Assembly: GCA_039545335.1 (NCBI GenBank)
Contig: BCIN01000003.1
Coordinates: forward strand, 124,001-188,000
Source: Kondoa subrosea
Taxonomy: Eukaryota
Reading direction: 5' to 3'
DNA length: 64,000 nt
Every line of letters starts with the position of its first letter. Within the stretch, counting starts at the first letter, position 1. The notes below the pieces were generated by a model that saw nothing but the letters and a program-made list of their open reading frames with translations, searched no databases and was not told the origin of the DNA. Below are positions 1 to 15,644 of this stretch, piece by piece. The position numbers and the translations under genes were made by a program.

Positions 1-1047
1 GATCCCCCCAACCCTCGCGAGGATTTCCTGTAGCCGCGAATTGAAGGAGACTAGCGGAAGAAATTTATAAACCATGAGGTTGAGAATGTAACATCCAGGA
101 ATGCCGATCACAACTCACTCCCACATAGCTGACATCGCGCCTACGAAAGTCGTACGAGAGTCATGAACGATCAAGGGCATATTTCTGGGTGAACTGGCCG
201 AATCGTTCGTACTACCAGATCCAAATTGAACGATAGCGTGATCTTCCCATCGCACCTTTGCAATGACTTCATTCAAGCCAGCAATGTGGGCATCCTTGAA
301 ATCAAGAAACATTCTGCATGCGGAATAACCACTGATGTATTTTCAATCTGGAGTCTTAAAGCTATAAAGTACAATCAGTTATACTTCCGGACCATCGAAA
401 AGACCGAACATACGTAAGAGAAATGTCACGCAATACGACTTGACCGTATTTCCCGCCGTCAAATTTTGCGGGTTGCTTTTCCCCATCGTACCACGGTTCC
501 TCGCAAGTATCGTACCGCTCGTCTATCTGTAGAGGTTCTACAACGGCATCCTTCTCACCGATTTCTGACTGAATCGAGGCCAACAAATCGTCCAGGCAAA
601 AGAACTCTGCTTCTTGTCGCAAAGCGCGAAGGGTGACAGGAATAGACATGGTCCTTGGGCAAGCTTGTCGATCGAGCGGAAATAGAGGATAAGAACTGAG
701 ATGCTGAACAATGAGCTGAAAGAGCTCGGGACAGCGATCATGTAAAGAGATAGAGCGAGTTGTAGCTTCTGCAAATTCACCTAGGAAGGCTTGAGTGAAA
801 TAGTTTGGGCTATCAAATTGGATTTGATTATTCGAAAGCCAGAAGACCTGATCGCGAATCTTGACGCGGTAGAGCTCATCTTTGTCGTCCTTGTCGTCAC
901 AAGAGGGACAGACCAAGGCAGGCTGCAAAAGAAGGTCGAGCGATGAGCTCACTGCAACACTCGAGACATCGACAGAAACCCGATCAGAGAGCTTACACGC
1001 TTTGCAGGAACCTCGGTTACAGGATCTTCAGCAGCTCTCTTACTCAT
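1..1047 (-). CDS. BTB/POZ-domain protein, multi-exon, 3' end runs off the window
   Basis: ATG at 1047 (MSKRAAEDP..), GTAAGC intron, then an exon matching ORF 362-952 with the fungal BTB pattern 'F.LS..QIQFDSPNYFT.AF.G.F.E......L.DR.PELF.LI..HLS.Y ... EAEFF.LD.L'. Further exons continue to position 1. Confidence 0.8.
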
Positions 1048-1203
1048 CTGGTATAAAGGCAGATTGACTGGTATCAGTGGTGGTAAGCGGAAAAGCCTGA
1101 GACCTTGTCTATACTCGAGTTGCGTTAAGCTGACTAGGGCAAAAATGCGGTAGCCGACACAGCAAGCAAACAGCTAGAAAGAATAAGAATACAATGGGGG
1201 CAC

Positions 1204-4200
1204 TAAACTGATCTGTTTCGCATGTATAACAGCCCAAAACTATTGAAGACCCGATTTGTAGACGATCAATCTACCAGATCTTCTCACCGACTAAAAGGCC
1301 CAGATGAGCTCATATGAAGACAAGCCATACATAGCGACTTACTCCTGGTTCCGATTCCTCGTGGTTTACCTGCGATTGAGGCTTCGTAGGCTTGAGTATA
1401 AGCTTCTATTGCTTCGAGACCCTTTTTCAGGAAAAATGAACATGAGCGAACGTGAGTAGCTACTGAAAATCAATTTGGCCTTACACTAGTCAGATCGACT
1501 TCATGGCCGCGCTGGAACTTGGTCCGCTTGATGAGCTTCCAACCGGCGGCGAGAATAATGACAATGAAGATCATGCCGTAGCTGCAAGAATATTAGCAAC
1601 CTCTGAAAAGGTCGAGTTCAGGCTTACGAGAAGATAAATTGATCCGCGGCAAACGCTCCAGGCAAGAAGACGTAATATCCCGAAATACTGAAAGCAGAAG
1701 TGAATAAGACTTGTAAATTGAGTTCACAGATTTGGCTTACAGAAGAACAAGAATGGACATGATTAAGGCATACCAAGCGGCGAAAGGTTGCAGTTTTGAC
1801 TTGTATGGCAAAAATTCATCTCTAGATAAACCTTGCTTCTTCATGGCGTTGTTGAAGCGCAACCAGGTACTTAGAAACAAGATTCAGCTTGACCCAGGTA
1901 ATCTTTCGAAAGGGCTTACGAAGACATGATCTGTGCACGCAAAGTCAGCATATGAGTTGTGAAGAACAAGATGGACGGACGATCCAGTTGAGCAGCTGTG
2001 AAGCCGTAACAACTATAGTAGTCAACCATTGTAAGCATGAGCGAAAAGATTGCGACAGGAGAATCTTGACATACGCGATACCCACCATCCTAATACTTTT
2101 GCAGTTCCAGCAGACACTGCAACCAATTATCAGTCCTCATGAAAAATGCCAAAAGAATGAACTGCACTCACCGGACAGATATGCCAGAAGCGAAAGACCG
2201 TTCGCGCTGCACGAACATCAGCTTGATCGCCAAAACTACCGCCCAAAACCTACACAAGTACGCAGAGGTACGGATTACCGCTACATAGACGGTTAGTCGA
2301 GAACAGAGAGATCCAGAGGTTACCACTTACTTTCTGTTGAGTTTGGTCAGAATACGAGGTGCTTGACCTTTTAGAGCCAAAGCATAGAGCGAACGTGACG
2401 TCCCAAAGATATAAGCGTTGCCTGTGGAGGTGTTCAGCATCGTCGTTGACGAGAAGTAGCATTGACTGACCAGCTGAGAAAATCGAAGTTGCGATAAGTG
2501 CATTGACAATGTCGGGCAGGACTGTAATCTATAGCAAGCAAGATCGGCGATTGAACGGGCATTAGACTGAGTTGCAACTGACTCCCACTGTGGAGAGATG
2601 TATAAGTAAAGTCTAATGTGATTTATGAGTCCGGACCTACTTCTCCTCATGGCAATGACATATGGCGAGCGAGTAGCACTAGGACCGAGAGCTCCGACTA
2701 GCAGAAGAACATCAGTATCCAAAGCCTTGAAACCTTGCAGTAGACTTACCGAGCCTTTGTGGGAAGATCAGCAATCGACCTAATCGCGCAAGAAACGCAG
2801 TGCTTACTGAGGTGAGTCGTAAGGCACGACTATTCCGATACATAGAGCTCCTCCGATAAAGAAGAAGCCCAGCCGGTAGATAATGCTGATGAACGCGCGT
2901 CTGCAAAACCGGCGGGTGTCAAAATTGTTTTGGGCAATATCCGGGTAGCTTTGACTTACGGCATAGTCTTTCGAGGGTTGACAGCTTCTCCAGCGACCAT
3001 AGAGATGTATTCAGGTCTGTCACAATGATGAGCTGAAACCTCAATCGTAGATGCTGCACATACCCGGCAATGATGAAAGCCGCTGCGAAGAACCTTTAAT
3101 ACATGATCGCGACATTGCGCGAAGGATAAAGCACCTCCAATGACACATTGTACGAAGCCTTCAAATCGACCTAGAGGTCCATCGTGACGATATTGAGCGA
3201 AAACTCCAGGCTGTAAAAAGAGGCTTTCAGCTTATGATTTGGGTGGAGTGAATGAACGAACATCCTTCCAGTATCGGAAACCATATCGATCGCCTTGAGG
3301 ATTTCCACCAAGCATAGTGACCAATGTGAAACCCATCATACCGAAAATCAAGATAACTTTCCCTAAAGCGAACCTTTACAATTGCATTAGCGCTATACTC
3401 AAACTCAGGCTCAAAAGGTGAATTCACCAGAACTCTGCTTCGCCAAACCAAGCAACAGACCAAATGTTGAGGACGAAGTAGACAAAGCACAAGCAACTGA
3501 TGAGAATTGCTGGGTTGAGATCATCTTTCCAGAAGCCAATGACAACGTTGAAAATATTGATTTCGAAGCAGATCAAAGCAGCTTGACTCTGTGAAGACAA
3601 TTATGAGCTAAACACAGTCACTGTGCATACCCGATCATTGTACTCACAATGAAATAGTTGTAACCTGTTGCCATTCCATATGCTTCATCAACGAAGCGAC
3701 CAGCGAAACGAATGAAAGATCCATCGATGGGGCTGTATCAAAGTATATCAATATTTGCTGTCTCTTCGCGACGACGTGGATCTTACTGTAAAGTAACCAT
3801 TTCGATTTGACATTGTGCAGTAGCGAAGATGACAGATGCCCAAACGATGAAACCTAGATTTACGCACGGTAAGTTTGTGCATAGGGAAGCCATTCTGTCG
3901 GGAAGAACACACCCAGCAGTAAACCGAGCGGCCCACCAGCTCGAAGAGAAGAACCAATAGCTACGAAGAGAGCAGCTCCAACAGTGCCTTTACCAATTCG
4001 ATGAGATGAGTTTCCCGACTCCAACGAGGATCCCTTACCTGCAATACTCAACAATTGGATTTGTCTGCTTGTCAAACGACGATGATTTGTCATCTCGTTG
4101 ACCGAATGCACATCCGCATCTGCGTATTCATTGACTGTATGACTTCTGCATGAGCTTTCTGGGGTTTGCAATTAAATGATAAGTTTAAATTGAACAACAC

Positions 4201-4286
4201 ATACCTTTATCAGAAGAATCATCTCGTTTCCACCATCTGTTTGGTGCTTTCTCATCCACCACAGGATCAGCAGGTTGACGATCCAT
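1204..4286 (-). CDS. Amino-acid permease (APC/YAT family), many introns; 3' end approximate
   Basis: ATG at 4286. Exon fragments read 'RRLTSRQIQLLSIAG', 'GTVGAALFVAIGSSLRAGGPLGLLLG', 'DGSFIRFAGRFVDEAYGMATGYNYF', 'RSPYVIAM' and 'YKSKLQPFAAWYAL', typical of YAT permeases. Confidence 0.88.
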
Positions 4287-5548
4287 GAACTTATGTGATT
4301 GGACGGGAATCAGAAAAGGAGGAAAAGGGAAACAAAGAGGCCCAGAATGTCCGCTCTTGCGTGCGATTGAATCAGCATTTGTAAGGTTGCCAAGCCTTTA
4401 CAAGAGAAGCTCCGAAATTGCGTTTGTTTTGCCCTGGATAGTAAAGACGGGTATCGTGAAATCAAGCTTGCCATCTTGTGAGGAGCTCCATATGTGCTAC
4501 AGTCCTGTCCAGCCTCTCTTTCGAACGCATGTTCCTCCCGGGTAGTATCGGAGATGACGAGCAAGGGCAATGATCGTGTGGATTCCAAGCCTTTTTTCTC
4601 TTGTGTGCGCAAACTTGCAAGACACGCATGACAATGGGTGGAACGATAGCAAGCAAGAGAACAGGGGAAACAAGAGCGACAGCAGGGGAAAGAGCAGTGA
4701 AAGCAGGAAATCAAGCTTTCTAGGCTCGCAGAAAAAGCTTCAAAGATGGATGCTGTTCACTCTTCACGAACTGTGACTTCTCCACTGTTCTTGCTCTATA
4801 TGCTTGATTGTCTGCTCCCGTGAACTTGGCCGTTTAGGTTTACACTTTACAAAGCATTCAAAATCTAAGGCCACTCAAGTGCTAAAGGGCTACTCGATAT
4901 GCAATGTTCGATTGTCATCGTTCTACAAGTCTATTCCAAAGCTTATTAAGACACTTTGCAAGCTTCCCTACGTTTAAGGCCTTTGGTACTTCTACGCAAG
5001 TATCATCTGTATCTTTGGATCTCTCTCGGCGAAGGTACATGAGCGCTTTCCTTCCGTCTGGGCACCTGCGTTTCTCATCAATCTCTCGTGTTTGATTACT
5101 TCCCCGCTGATCGTACTCGATTTGAGGTCACTGTATTGTGGAAAACTGCTCCGTACAATTCTTCTGCTCGGTCGTTCTCCTTTCCAATTACTATTTGTGT
5201 CTGGCTATTGCCTTGCAGTACAAAAAGTCTAGTTTTGAAGTCTCAATACTTGCTGTATCCAGATTACGCCTGTTCACATTCTGCTCGAGATCAATCAGTA
5301 GGTCTGACAGATTAAGAAACCTGATAGTTCACAAGTCCTCGTTAGTAAAAGAAGCTGTAGCTGCTTAACGGAATCCATGATGTCGTACAACCATAAGGTG
5401 AAGCTGTCTAAGTCGATCAAAGTATTAACGCTTTCACCTGCACGAGCTGAGGTTCGTGAAGTCGAGTCGCTCGAAATGCAACCTTGAGAGTTTGTTACCA
5501 GAAGGCGGAGTTGATGAAGTCACCCATCTTTTGACCTTTGTCCATGAC

Positions 5549-6833
5549 ATGGCCTCGCTCTTTTCAGCATTAGGTGGACCCTCAGCGACTGTAGATATCC
5601 AGCTGAGCGCAGAAGATGAAAGGAAGCACGTTGAAGTGAAATTGAGCGACAGCACGTCTGGTAAAGAGGATGCGAGCGGTCGTAAAGATAGCGTACCTAT
5701 TTATTATGACGGTGAATCTGTTAAAGGGACAGCTGTAGTCAGGTGTGTTGGGAGCCTCACAGGGACACAGAGTGAAGGACAGAGCTAAATGAGTGGTCAT
5801 GTGTTGATCTAGGGTTCCTGGAGGGAAGGCGCTCAAGCATGATGGTAAGCTTCATGACAACTTACTTGGCTACATTTACTAAGTGATTATGATCAGGTAT
5901 CAAGATAGAATTCGTTGGATCTATCGGTCAGTGCATTACAGCTTCACAAGTCCGATACTCAAGCTGGCGTAAACACAGAGCTCTTCTACGACCGAGGCAA
6001 TCACTATGAATTCTTATCTCTAGTACAAGAGCTAGCGGCACCAGGCGAATTGAGGGCAGCTCAAACTTTCGACTTCGAGTTCAAGAACGTTGAGAAACAA
6101 TACGAATCTTATCATGGGATAAACGTCAAGCTAAGGTTCGCTCGAGGCAATGCTATGTACAGTAGATGCTGAGTATCTCATTTCACTTGTCGAACAGGTA
6201 CTACATTCGCATTACAATTTCAAGACGGATAGCGGATGTAGTCAAGGAGAAAGATCTCTGGGTTCATTCTTACCGAATGCCGCCGGATTCAAACAACTCA
6301 ATCAAGATGGAAGTCGGTATAGAAGATTGTTTGCATATCGAGTTCGAATACAACAAGTCAAAGTGAGCATCTTTGCCGCTCGTGCTGTGTATAAGCTTAG
6401 CCACATGGTTGCCTCACAGATATCATCTGAAGGACGTGATAGTAGGAAAGATCTACTTTCTGCTGGTCAGGATAAAGATCAAACATATGGAGCTATCAAT
6501 CATTCGAAGGGAAACAACTGGTTCAGGTTAGCCTTTTCTTCAATCCCGTGTATCGTCTTTCCTTTGGGCTGAATCGTTCTTTCATCAGCACCAAATCAAT
6601 ACAACGAATCGGAAACCATTACCAAATTCGAAATAATGGACGGCGCACCAGTCAGAGGCGAAACGATACCTATTCGACTCTTCTTGGGTGGTTTCGAACT
6701 TACACCTACTTTCAGAGATGTCAACAAGAAATTCAGCACGAGATATTACCTCAATCTAGTCTTGATCGATGAAGAGAGTAGAAGGTATTTCAAGCAGCAA
6801 GAGATTACGATATTTAGAAATCCTCAAGATTAG
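5549..6833 (+). CDS. VPS26: Retromer subunit Vps26
   Basis: Exons encode 'PIYYDGESVKG', 'ELFYDRGNHYEFLSLVQELAAPGEL', 'NNSIKMEVGIEDCLHIEFEYNKSK' and 'MDGAPVRGETIPIRLFL...YFKQQEIT'. Confidence 0.97.
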
Positions 6834-6982
6834 AGAGAAGATAAATGTCTTTTTTGGTAGTCAGGGTGGCATTACGACGATGAGGACGATTTGTGCATAT
6901 AAAGAATGAATGTCATTTTTGCCCCTGAACGAATGAAGAATACAATATACCGAAGAATCCTCGAGCCTTAGATCTATTCTGC

Positions 6983-7819
6983 CTATTTGGCCCATCGCAA
7001 GTCGATGCACTTTCCTTGCCAGCAACCTTCGCCCAATCCAGAGCTGAGAAAGAGAATCAGCTAAATCAGCCTCCAACCCCTTGTGCAGAGACAAATGAGT
7101 GACTCACCAAACGTTTCCACATGCACCACAAGCTTCAATGGAAGTAGCTAGATCTTGACAAACGTAATCATGCATCCTGATATCCATCTTGCTCAATTCC
7201 CCATTTCCTTTCAGAGGACAAGCCGTCTCTTCTTTTCCCTCGCAAAGACCAGAAGTGACAGCTAAAGATCGTTTGTATCTAGGAACTTGAGAAGGGTTTG
7301 TGGGGTTATTAGGAACGCATTGACCCGAAGAAGTTTTGGTGTAGTTTGGTTCGCAAGTATATCCGCAACCGGTACCGAATTTGGGTGGCGCTCCACCTGA
7401 ATTGCACTTTGGAACAGCGTGACCAAGGACAGTGAGACAGATCTGGATATCTGCTAGACCGCCGAGCTAAACACAAACGAATGGATGAGTTTCACACCGC
7501 GAAAGGGCAAGAGAGTAAAGCTTACCGCGACATTAGCTTGGACTTGGATGAGTGGTATATTCTGTGGATTGTTGCCAACTGCTACGTCCAAGCAGACATC
7601 GCCTAGTAAAGTTTTGGCATAAACGATAGTTGAAGCGATTCTGTTTCGCAAAAGTCAGACATGTCATGGTGAAAATCAAAGAAGAAGAAGAACTCACGCT
7701 CGACCGTTCAATTGTCGCTCTGCAATCTTCTCTGTCGGTGTCATCTGAATAGGAGTAGATGTAGCCATCCGAGCGAGAGTGAAGGCGGTCAAGAGAATTG
7801 GGAAGAAGTTATTGAACAT
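6983..7819 (-). CDS. Secreted Cys-rich CPL1/PriA-like protein, left copy (4 exons)
   Basis: Signal-peptide-like start MFNNFFPILLTAFTLARMATS. Spliced product ends '...RYKRSLAVTSGLCEGKEETACPLKG...YVCQDLATSIEACGACGNVCSGLGEGCWQGKCIDLRWAK*', matching the LC....ACP...C.D....E.CG.C pattern of basidiomycete PriA/CPL1 domains. Confidence 0.8.
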
Positions 7820-8096
7820 GCTTTCTGTCTCTGAATCAGCACACGTAGTAGAATCAGTGACTCGGAGATTTACTTGTAATGTAAAGAGAGGATGCAAAGG
7901 ATTGAAGATGAAAACGCGAATGGAGAGAAACAGCAAAAGCAGAGCATTTTTATAGCTGATGAGATAGGAGTCTCTTTGCATCTTGCATAGAGTATTTAGC
8001 ATACACGCACATACTCGATATTGTCTAATTGGGCACGAACGGGACACAAGATGATTCACTTTCCCGATCGGGCGAAAATCAAGGGGAAGGCAAAAG
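6983..8096. repeat. Outer left arm of inverted duplication (pairs with 18122-19237)
   Basis: Reverse complement aligns by eye to 18122-19237 across promoter, 5' leader, exons and introns, with scattered substitutions and small indels (roughly 85-90% identity, estimated). Confidence 0.95.
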
Positions 8097-8250
8097 CCAA
8101 GCAGAGAAGTGAAGACAGATTGAGGAAGTGTGCATCAAGTGAAAGTTACATCTCGAAGAAGATCAGACGAACGGAGTCGAATTTCACAGACCAAGCAACT
8201 GAAAAAACGAAAGAAAGATGCAAAAAAGCCAACAGTATTGCACGATAATA

Positions 8251-9092
8251 CTAGAAGCCGGTCTGACGCTGTGCATTGAAGTGTCGGAAGGCCGCGTGGT
8301 CTATCATAAAGCTCTTAGGACATCCAAACCACTCAGGAGGAAGTTCACTCACGATCAGGCAGCTTGGCCGAGCTCGCAGCCTTCTGTAAGCCTTTGTAGT
8401 AATGAGTGCCCGAGAGAGGACCCCATTGACTTCCGCCGCCGAGCATGACCTTCATGTCATCACCACGGGCTGTGCAATGCTGAAATTGGCATATGTCTTA
8501 ATATAAGCAGGTCGAAGACTCACCTAAATGGTTCACACGATGAGCTCCATTCTAGATCGACATCAGGCGAGCCTCAAGTGTATCCTGGAATTATGACCTT
8601 ACGGGAGGTTCTAGCATCTTAAGCAAGCGCACAACATAAGGTCCGCCGCTACGATTGTCGCAGAGTTTTACCAAAATGCCCTCAACCAGTGCGTATTTGA
8701 GAGCAATAGCATAGGCGTTGACCGCTACAAGATGGCTAAGAGGCTGTGAAAGAGCGTGTCAGCTTTCTTCTTCGACTGGTGCAAATCAGATCAATCTACG
8801 AGCCTGAGGCATTCTTGATCATGATAAAAGTCTTGCGCAGCGATCCGAAACTTCTCGAAAAGCTCGTTGTCGCCTTCTGCGGTTGCGCGTTCTGCGAGCC
8901 AGCGCAACGAAGTAACGAGTGATTCCTGCTCAGCAGCTGGATTGGCCGAGTTCGCATGGCTTGCCATATGATCCTTCAAAGTTTGAGCAGGGTCAGAGCC
9001 GATCAGAGTATCTGAGGTAATGCAACGTCAGATTGTTCGCAAAGTATCTACTTCCAGAACCTACTCTTGGCTGCCATGAACAAAGATGACAT
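8251..9092 (-). CDS. Hypothetical ~190 aa protein unique to the left arm (6 exons)
   Basis: ATG 9092 and five ~50 nt GT-AG introns give one continuous frame: MSSLFMAAKNTLIGSDPAQTLKDHMASH...SLRWLAERATAEGDNELFEKF...LPLSHLVAVNAYAIALKYALVEGILVKLCD...HFNAQRQTGF*. No family recognised. Confidence 0.65.
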
Positions 9093-9347
9093 GATGATGG
9101 TGATGATAGCTATATATCTGTGAACGAAACTGGGGAATACTGGCCAGCAGAAAGAGGAGGAAAGCAACGTAACGCAAATCCGTTTCGCTCGTGTTCCCGA
9201 AGAGGACAAAGGGTAAAAGGAAATTGGAAAAGCAAGAGCTAGGCAGCGAGTATGACCACTGCCAGAAATCAGGGCTCAAAAGCCCTTTGCGACAATAGGC
9301 GTTACAGCTACACTCGATTGACAATTTTGAGAAGCTTGCGGATTTAA

Positions 9348-10620
9348 ACATTTTTCTTCCTTGATCTTGTTCTTCATCTGCCAAAAGTAGCCCAACTATT
9401 GGAATTATCGTCAGTCTCTTATACTGCCAGATGAGGTAGATTCACCTATCATGCTGCTCATCTCTCTTGACTTTCCCAAAGACATCTTCACTCCATTCAG
9501 TTCCATGCGCATCGCTCATAGTAACAACGGAGAAGGCATCGCTTGAAGTACCCGAACTACTCCTTCTAGATCGATGAGACATCTCGGATGATCCGCCAGC
9601 ACCAGATTGCTCTTCCTCATCATCATCTGAATCGATTTCTCTTTCATAAGTTGAATGCAAAGGAAAAGCCATTTTCAATTCTGAGCGAGTTCTCAAACCA
9701 AGATTGATATCGTCCTGATCGAAGACATCGCTTTGCAGTTTTCTACCAGGCGTTGGGCAAAGGGTAAGTTCAGAAGCAGTAGACTGACGAAAAGAGTTGG
9801 TATTGCGGTTCGAAAGAAGTGGACAGCTATTTGTTTGACGCAGAGAAGGTTTTCTAACAGGTGAAGGAGCGTAAGAAAAGCTGTCTAGATCTTCGTCAAA
9901 GAGGTAAATGTCGTCCAATCGAGCATCATGAATTGGCGAAGGGCTTCTTGATGGTTGTTCGTGCGTAACTGGCAAAGATGGTGCTTGACTGAGACTGCGG
10001 CCTGATTTCTTGCGAAAAGATAATCGACGGGCGACAAAACTTGATTTCTTGGGTGGTGAGCTTGAGCTTGAAGTAGTTGAGGTGGATTGAGCAGAAGAAG
10101 ACCGGCTGCGATAGCTTGGTGGTGCAGAGGAAGAGGAGCGTTTGGAGAAAGAAGGTGGAGAAGAAGCAGGTCTGTTGCGGTAGTTAGTCCAAGTATATTC
10201 AGCTCAGCAGGCTTGCAACTCACGCAAAGAGATCTTCTTCCAAGTCTAAATGAATGTCCAAGGTGTTGGCCGATAACGAGACTGTACGAATGCGCTCTTC
10301 GCCTCTGGTGTAGCAAACAGACTTCCTGTTCTTGCTCAGCCTTAGGCTTCTCATTAAACGAATGAAGTAGTTTAAAGTGAAGGGCATGTGGTTCGACAAA
10401 TGAGCGTGTAGGTGGAAATGCAAAGTTGGTAGTACGTGGTCAAGACTCAACGAGGCAAAGAGTAAATAGCCAGCGCAAGGCAGAATGAGTCCGATTAAGC
10501 TTGATCTTCTTGTGACAATTCTTGTGATGAGCAAGTGCCTCTTGTGGCTTTTCTTTTGCCCATCAACACATCGATATGACGACGGGCGGAGAAGCAGAAG
10601 GCAGGTTCGAAAGGTCGTGC
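9348..10620. repeat. Inner left arm of inverted duplication (pairs with 15645-16920); 9760-10584 appears identical to 15681-16505
   Basis: Paired coordinates sum to 26265 from 9442 to 10620, so there are no indels. The ORF track shows identical peptides in three frames (9885-10316/15949-16380, 10087-10365/15900-16178, and the C-terminal part of 10220-10732/15515-16045). Confidence 0.97.
9374..10387 (-). CDS. Ser/Pro-rich low-complexity hypothetical protein, left copy (3 exons)
   Basis: ATG 10387 (MPFTLNYFIRLMRSL..DLEEDLFA), intron 10223-10172, long exon (PASSPPSFSKRSS..LPVTHEQ..EQHD), second intron, last exon SWATFGR*. The same structure is conserved in the right copy. Confidence 0.75.
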
Positions 10621-11066
10621 CCCGGTGAAAGACATTTCCGGAGCCTTCTGGATATATTAGGACAGCTTGTCGAGAAGACTGGTAAGCATCCAGTAGCAGT
10701 TCCGAATCAAGACCTGGAGCGCGATATAGCAAGGAAGGGCTGAACCGAGATCTGATGATTTTTTGTGTAAGCGGGAAAGTCTTCCATGTACAAGTTGTGA
10801 ATCAGGGAAAGCATAGAGGAGATCGCAAGAGCGACGAGATAGCAGCAAGCATTGAAAAATGACACGCTGACCCGACAAATCTGTTCTATTAGCGAGTCGC
10901 GTTGTATCGCATGCACACTGCTCTGAGCATGCTGCGTCTCTGTCTGATGCTCAAGTCTGTCGCTCGACAGCCGTGTATCGCAAGTCTCAGCAAATAATAA
11001 CGCGGTTCGTCTTCAACCATACTTTATAGTATTTAGCCTTTGTCTTGGTCTCGCCTCTTTGCAACA

Positions 11067-12212
11067 ATGCAATGGCCTACAGAGGACACAGGTTTCCTGC
11101 GAAGTGTAGCTGTCATCCTGGTCTCTGAGATAGGTCAGCTCTTGCCTTCATCATTGAGATTCGCGTCTCATATTGTTCCAAGGTGACAAGACTTTCCTCC
11201 TAGCAGGTAAGGAGCTACTCAGATGCATTGATCTATATCTTATGCCTTTGAACAGCTATTCTGGCCATGAGGCATCCTCGTTCTATGGTCTTTGCGGCAG
11301 CTCTCAGCGCTTTAGCCATCATGTCCATTTTATCTGCTATGCTAGGTCATGTAGTACCCACACTCTTACCAAAGAAATGGACGACAATATCAGCTGCAGT
11401 TCTGTTCCTAGTCTTTGGAGCTAAGATGTTGCAAGAGGGTTTAGCGATGGAAAGTGGTTCTGGCGCTATCGAGGAAGAATTGAGGGAAGTCCAGAAAGAG
11501 ATAGAGGATGCAGAATATGCAGAGGGAGGGAATCCAAAGAGACTGCTGACAGGTGCAAGAAGAGCAGAGGCTAATGGGATAGAAAATATGGAAGAAGGAA
11601 CAGCATCTCCTGCAACGTCAAAGAAGCACAAGAATTCCGGCAACAAGATGTCGGACAGCGTCATGAATTTGGCTACCCTAATCTTCTCACCTATCTTTGT
11701 TCAAACTTTCATAATGACTTTCCTTGCCGAATGGGGTGACAGAAGTCAGATCACGACGATTGCGCTTGGAGCAGCTCATGTAGGTCATTAATCATAGTTA
11801 CAGGACTCGAAGATCTCATGCAGTGCCACAGAATGTGTGGATCGTTTCGGTCGGCACAATCATTGGTCATTCAGCATGTACCTTTGGCGCTGTGATGGGC
11901 GGAAGAGCGATCGCGAACCGAATCAGTATCAAGAACGGTACGTCCTCGTCCTGCTACAGATCTCTCGAGGCTCATCATCCCTTCGTAGTAACGCTCGGCG
12001 GAGCTGTCCTTTTCTTAATCTTTGCACTCGTCTATGGATACGAAGCAGTACGTAGCCCGCTTTCATGCCTTGATGACTGTCCCTGACTGTTATGTACTAA
12101 TCTATAGTATACCGATGTACCAATACCGGATATTGTGGGAAGCAAGATGCCAACTCTAGAGGAGATGGGAGCAGGGTGGAATCCAGGAGAAGGCATAAAC
12201 GGAGGGCATTAG
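11067..12212 (+). CDS. GDT1: GDT1/TMEM165 (UPF0016) Ca2+/Mn2+ antiporter
   Basis: Two signature motifs after splicing, 'VSEIGDKTF' and 'FLAEWGDRSQITT', with an acidic central loop. Confidence 0.95.
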
Positions 12213-12303
12213 AGTAGCCGCATAGCATACGCATATACAAAACAACGCATTGGTCATTGTCATTGCAAACATAATATACAAAGCATGCTCTATAAGCGAC
12301 ACT

Positions 12304-15229
<2,926 letters not shown>

Positions 15230-15644
15230 TTCGAGAATCTGGCTGTTTGTCGCAAACCAAGTCTTTTGCAAGAGCTGCCCTGCCGCCTCACAGAGTGGCC
15301 TGTAGCGTCATCTGAGAACAGCTACACACAGGATCTCTCTTTTGCTCGCCTTTCTCTATCTCGCTTCCGGCGGAAGTTCGCAAAGGCGATGCATGTCAAA
15401 TCTTTCGTTGCTTCTTCTGGCTAGAGTCGACGCTCTCTCTCTCTCTGTGTTGCTCAGCGATACGGAGAGCACTTCCAGTCTGCTGCGGTCAGCCAAGACA
15501 AATGAAGCAATGCAATGCCTTGGCTGATTCAACTTGCTATACATATTCATGCTCTTCTTCCCAAGCTGTTAAAGCTGCTACAAACACGGCGAGGTCATTG
15601 GGAAGCCTGCAGAAGAGCAACTTCTCGAACGACTTATGTCAGCA

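Noticed and set aside
4290..5450. Several 60-134 aa ORFs between the permease and VPS26
   Set aside because: No recognisable motifs or consistent splice pattern; likely divergent promoter region.
9885..10732. ORFs 9885-10316, 10087-10365, 10220-10732 (and mirrors 15515-16380) as separate genes
   Set aside because: They are alternative frames or partial exons of the single spliced Ser-rich gene; their identity between arms only reflects DNA identity.
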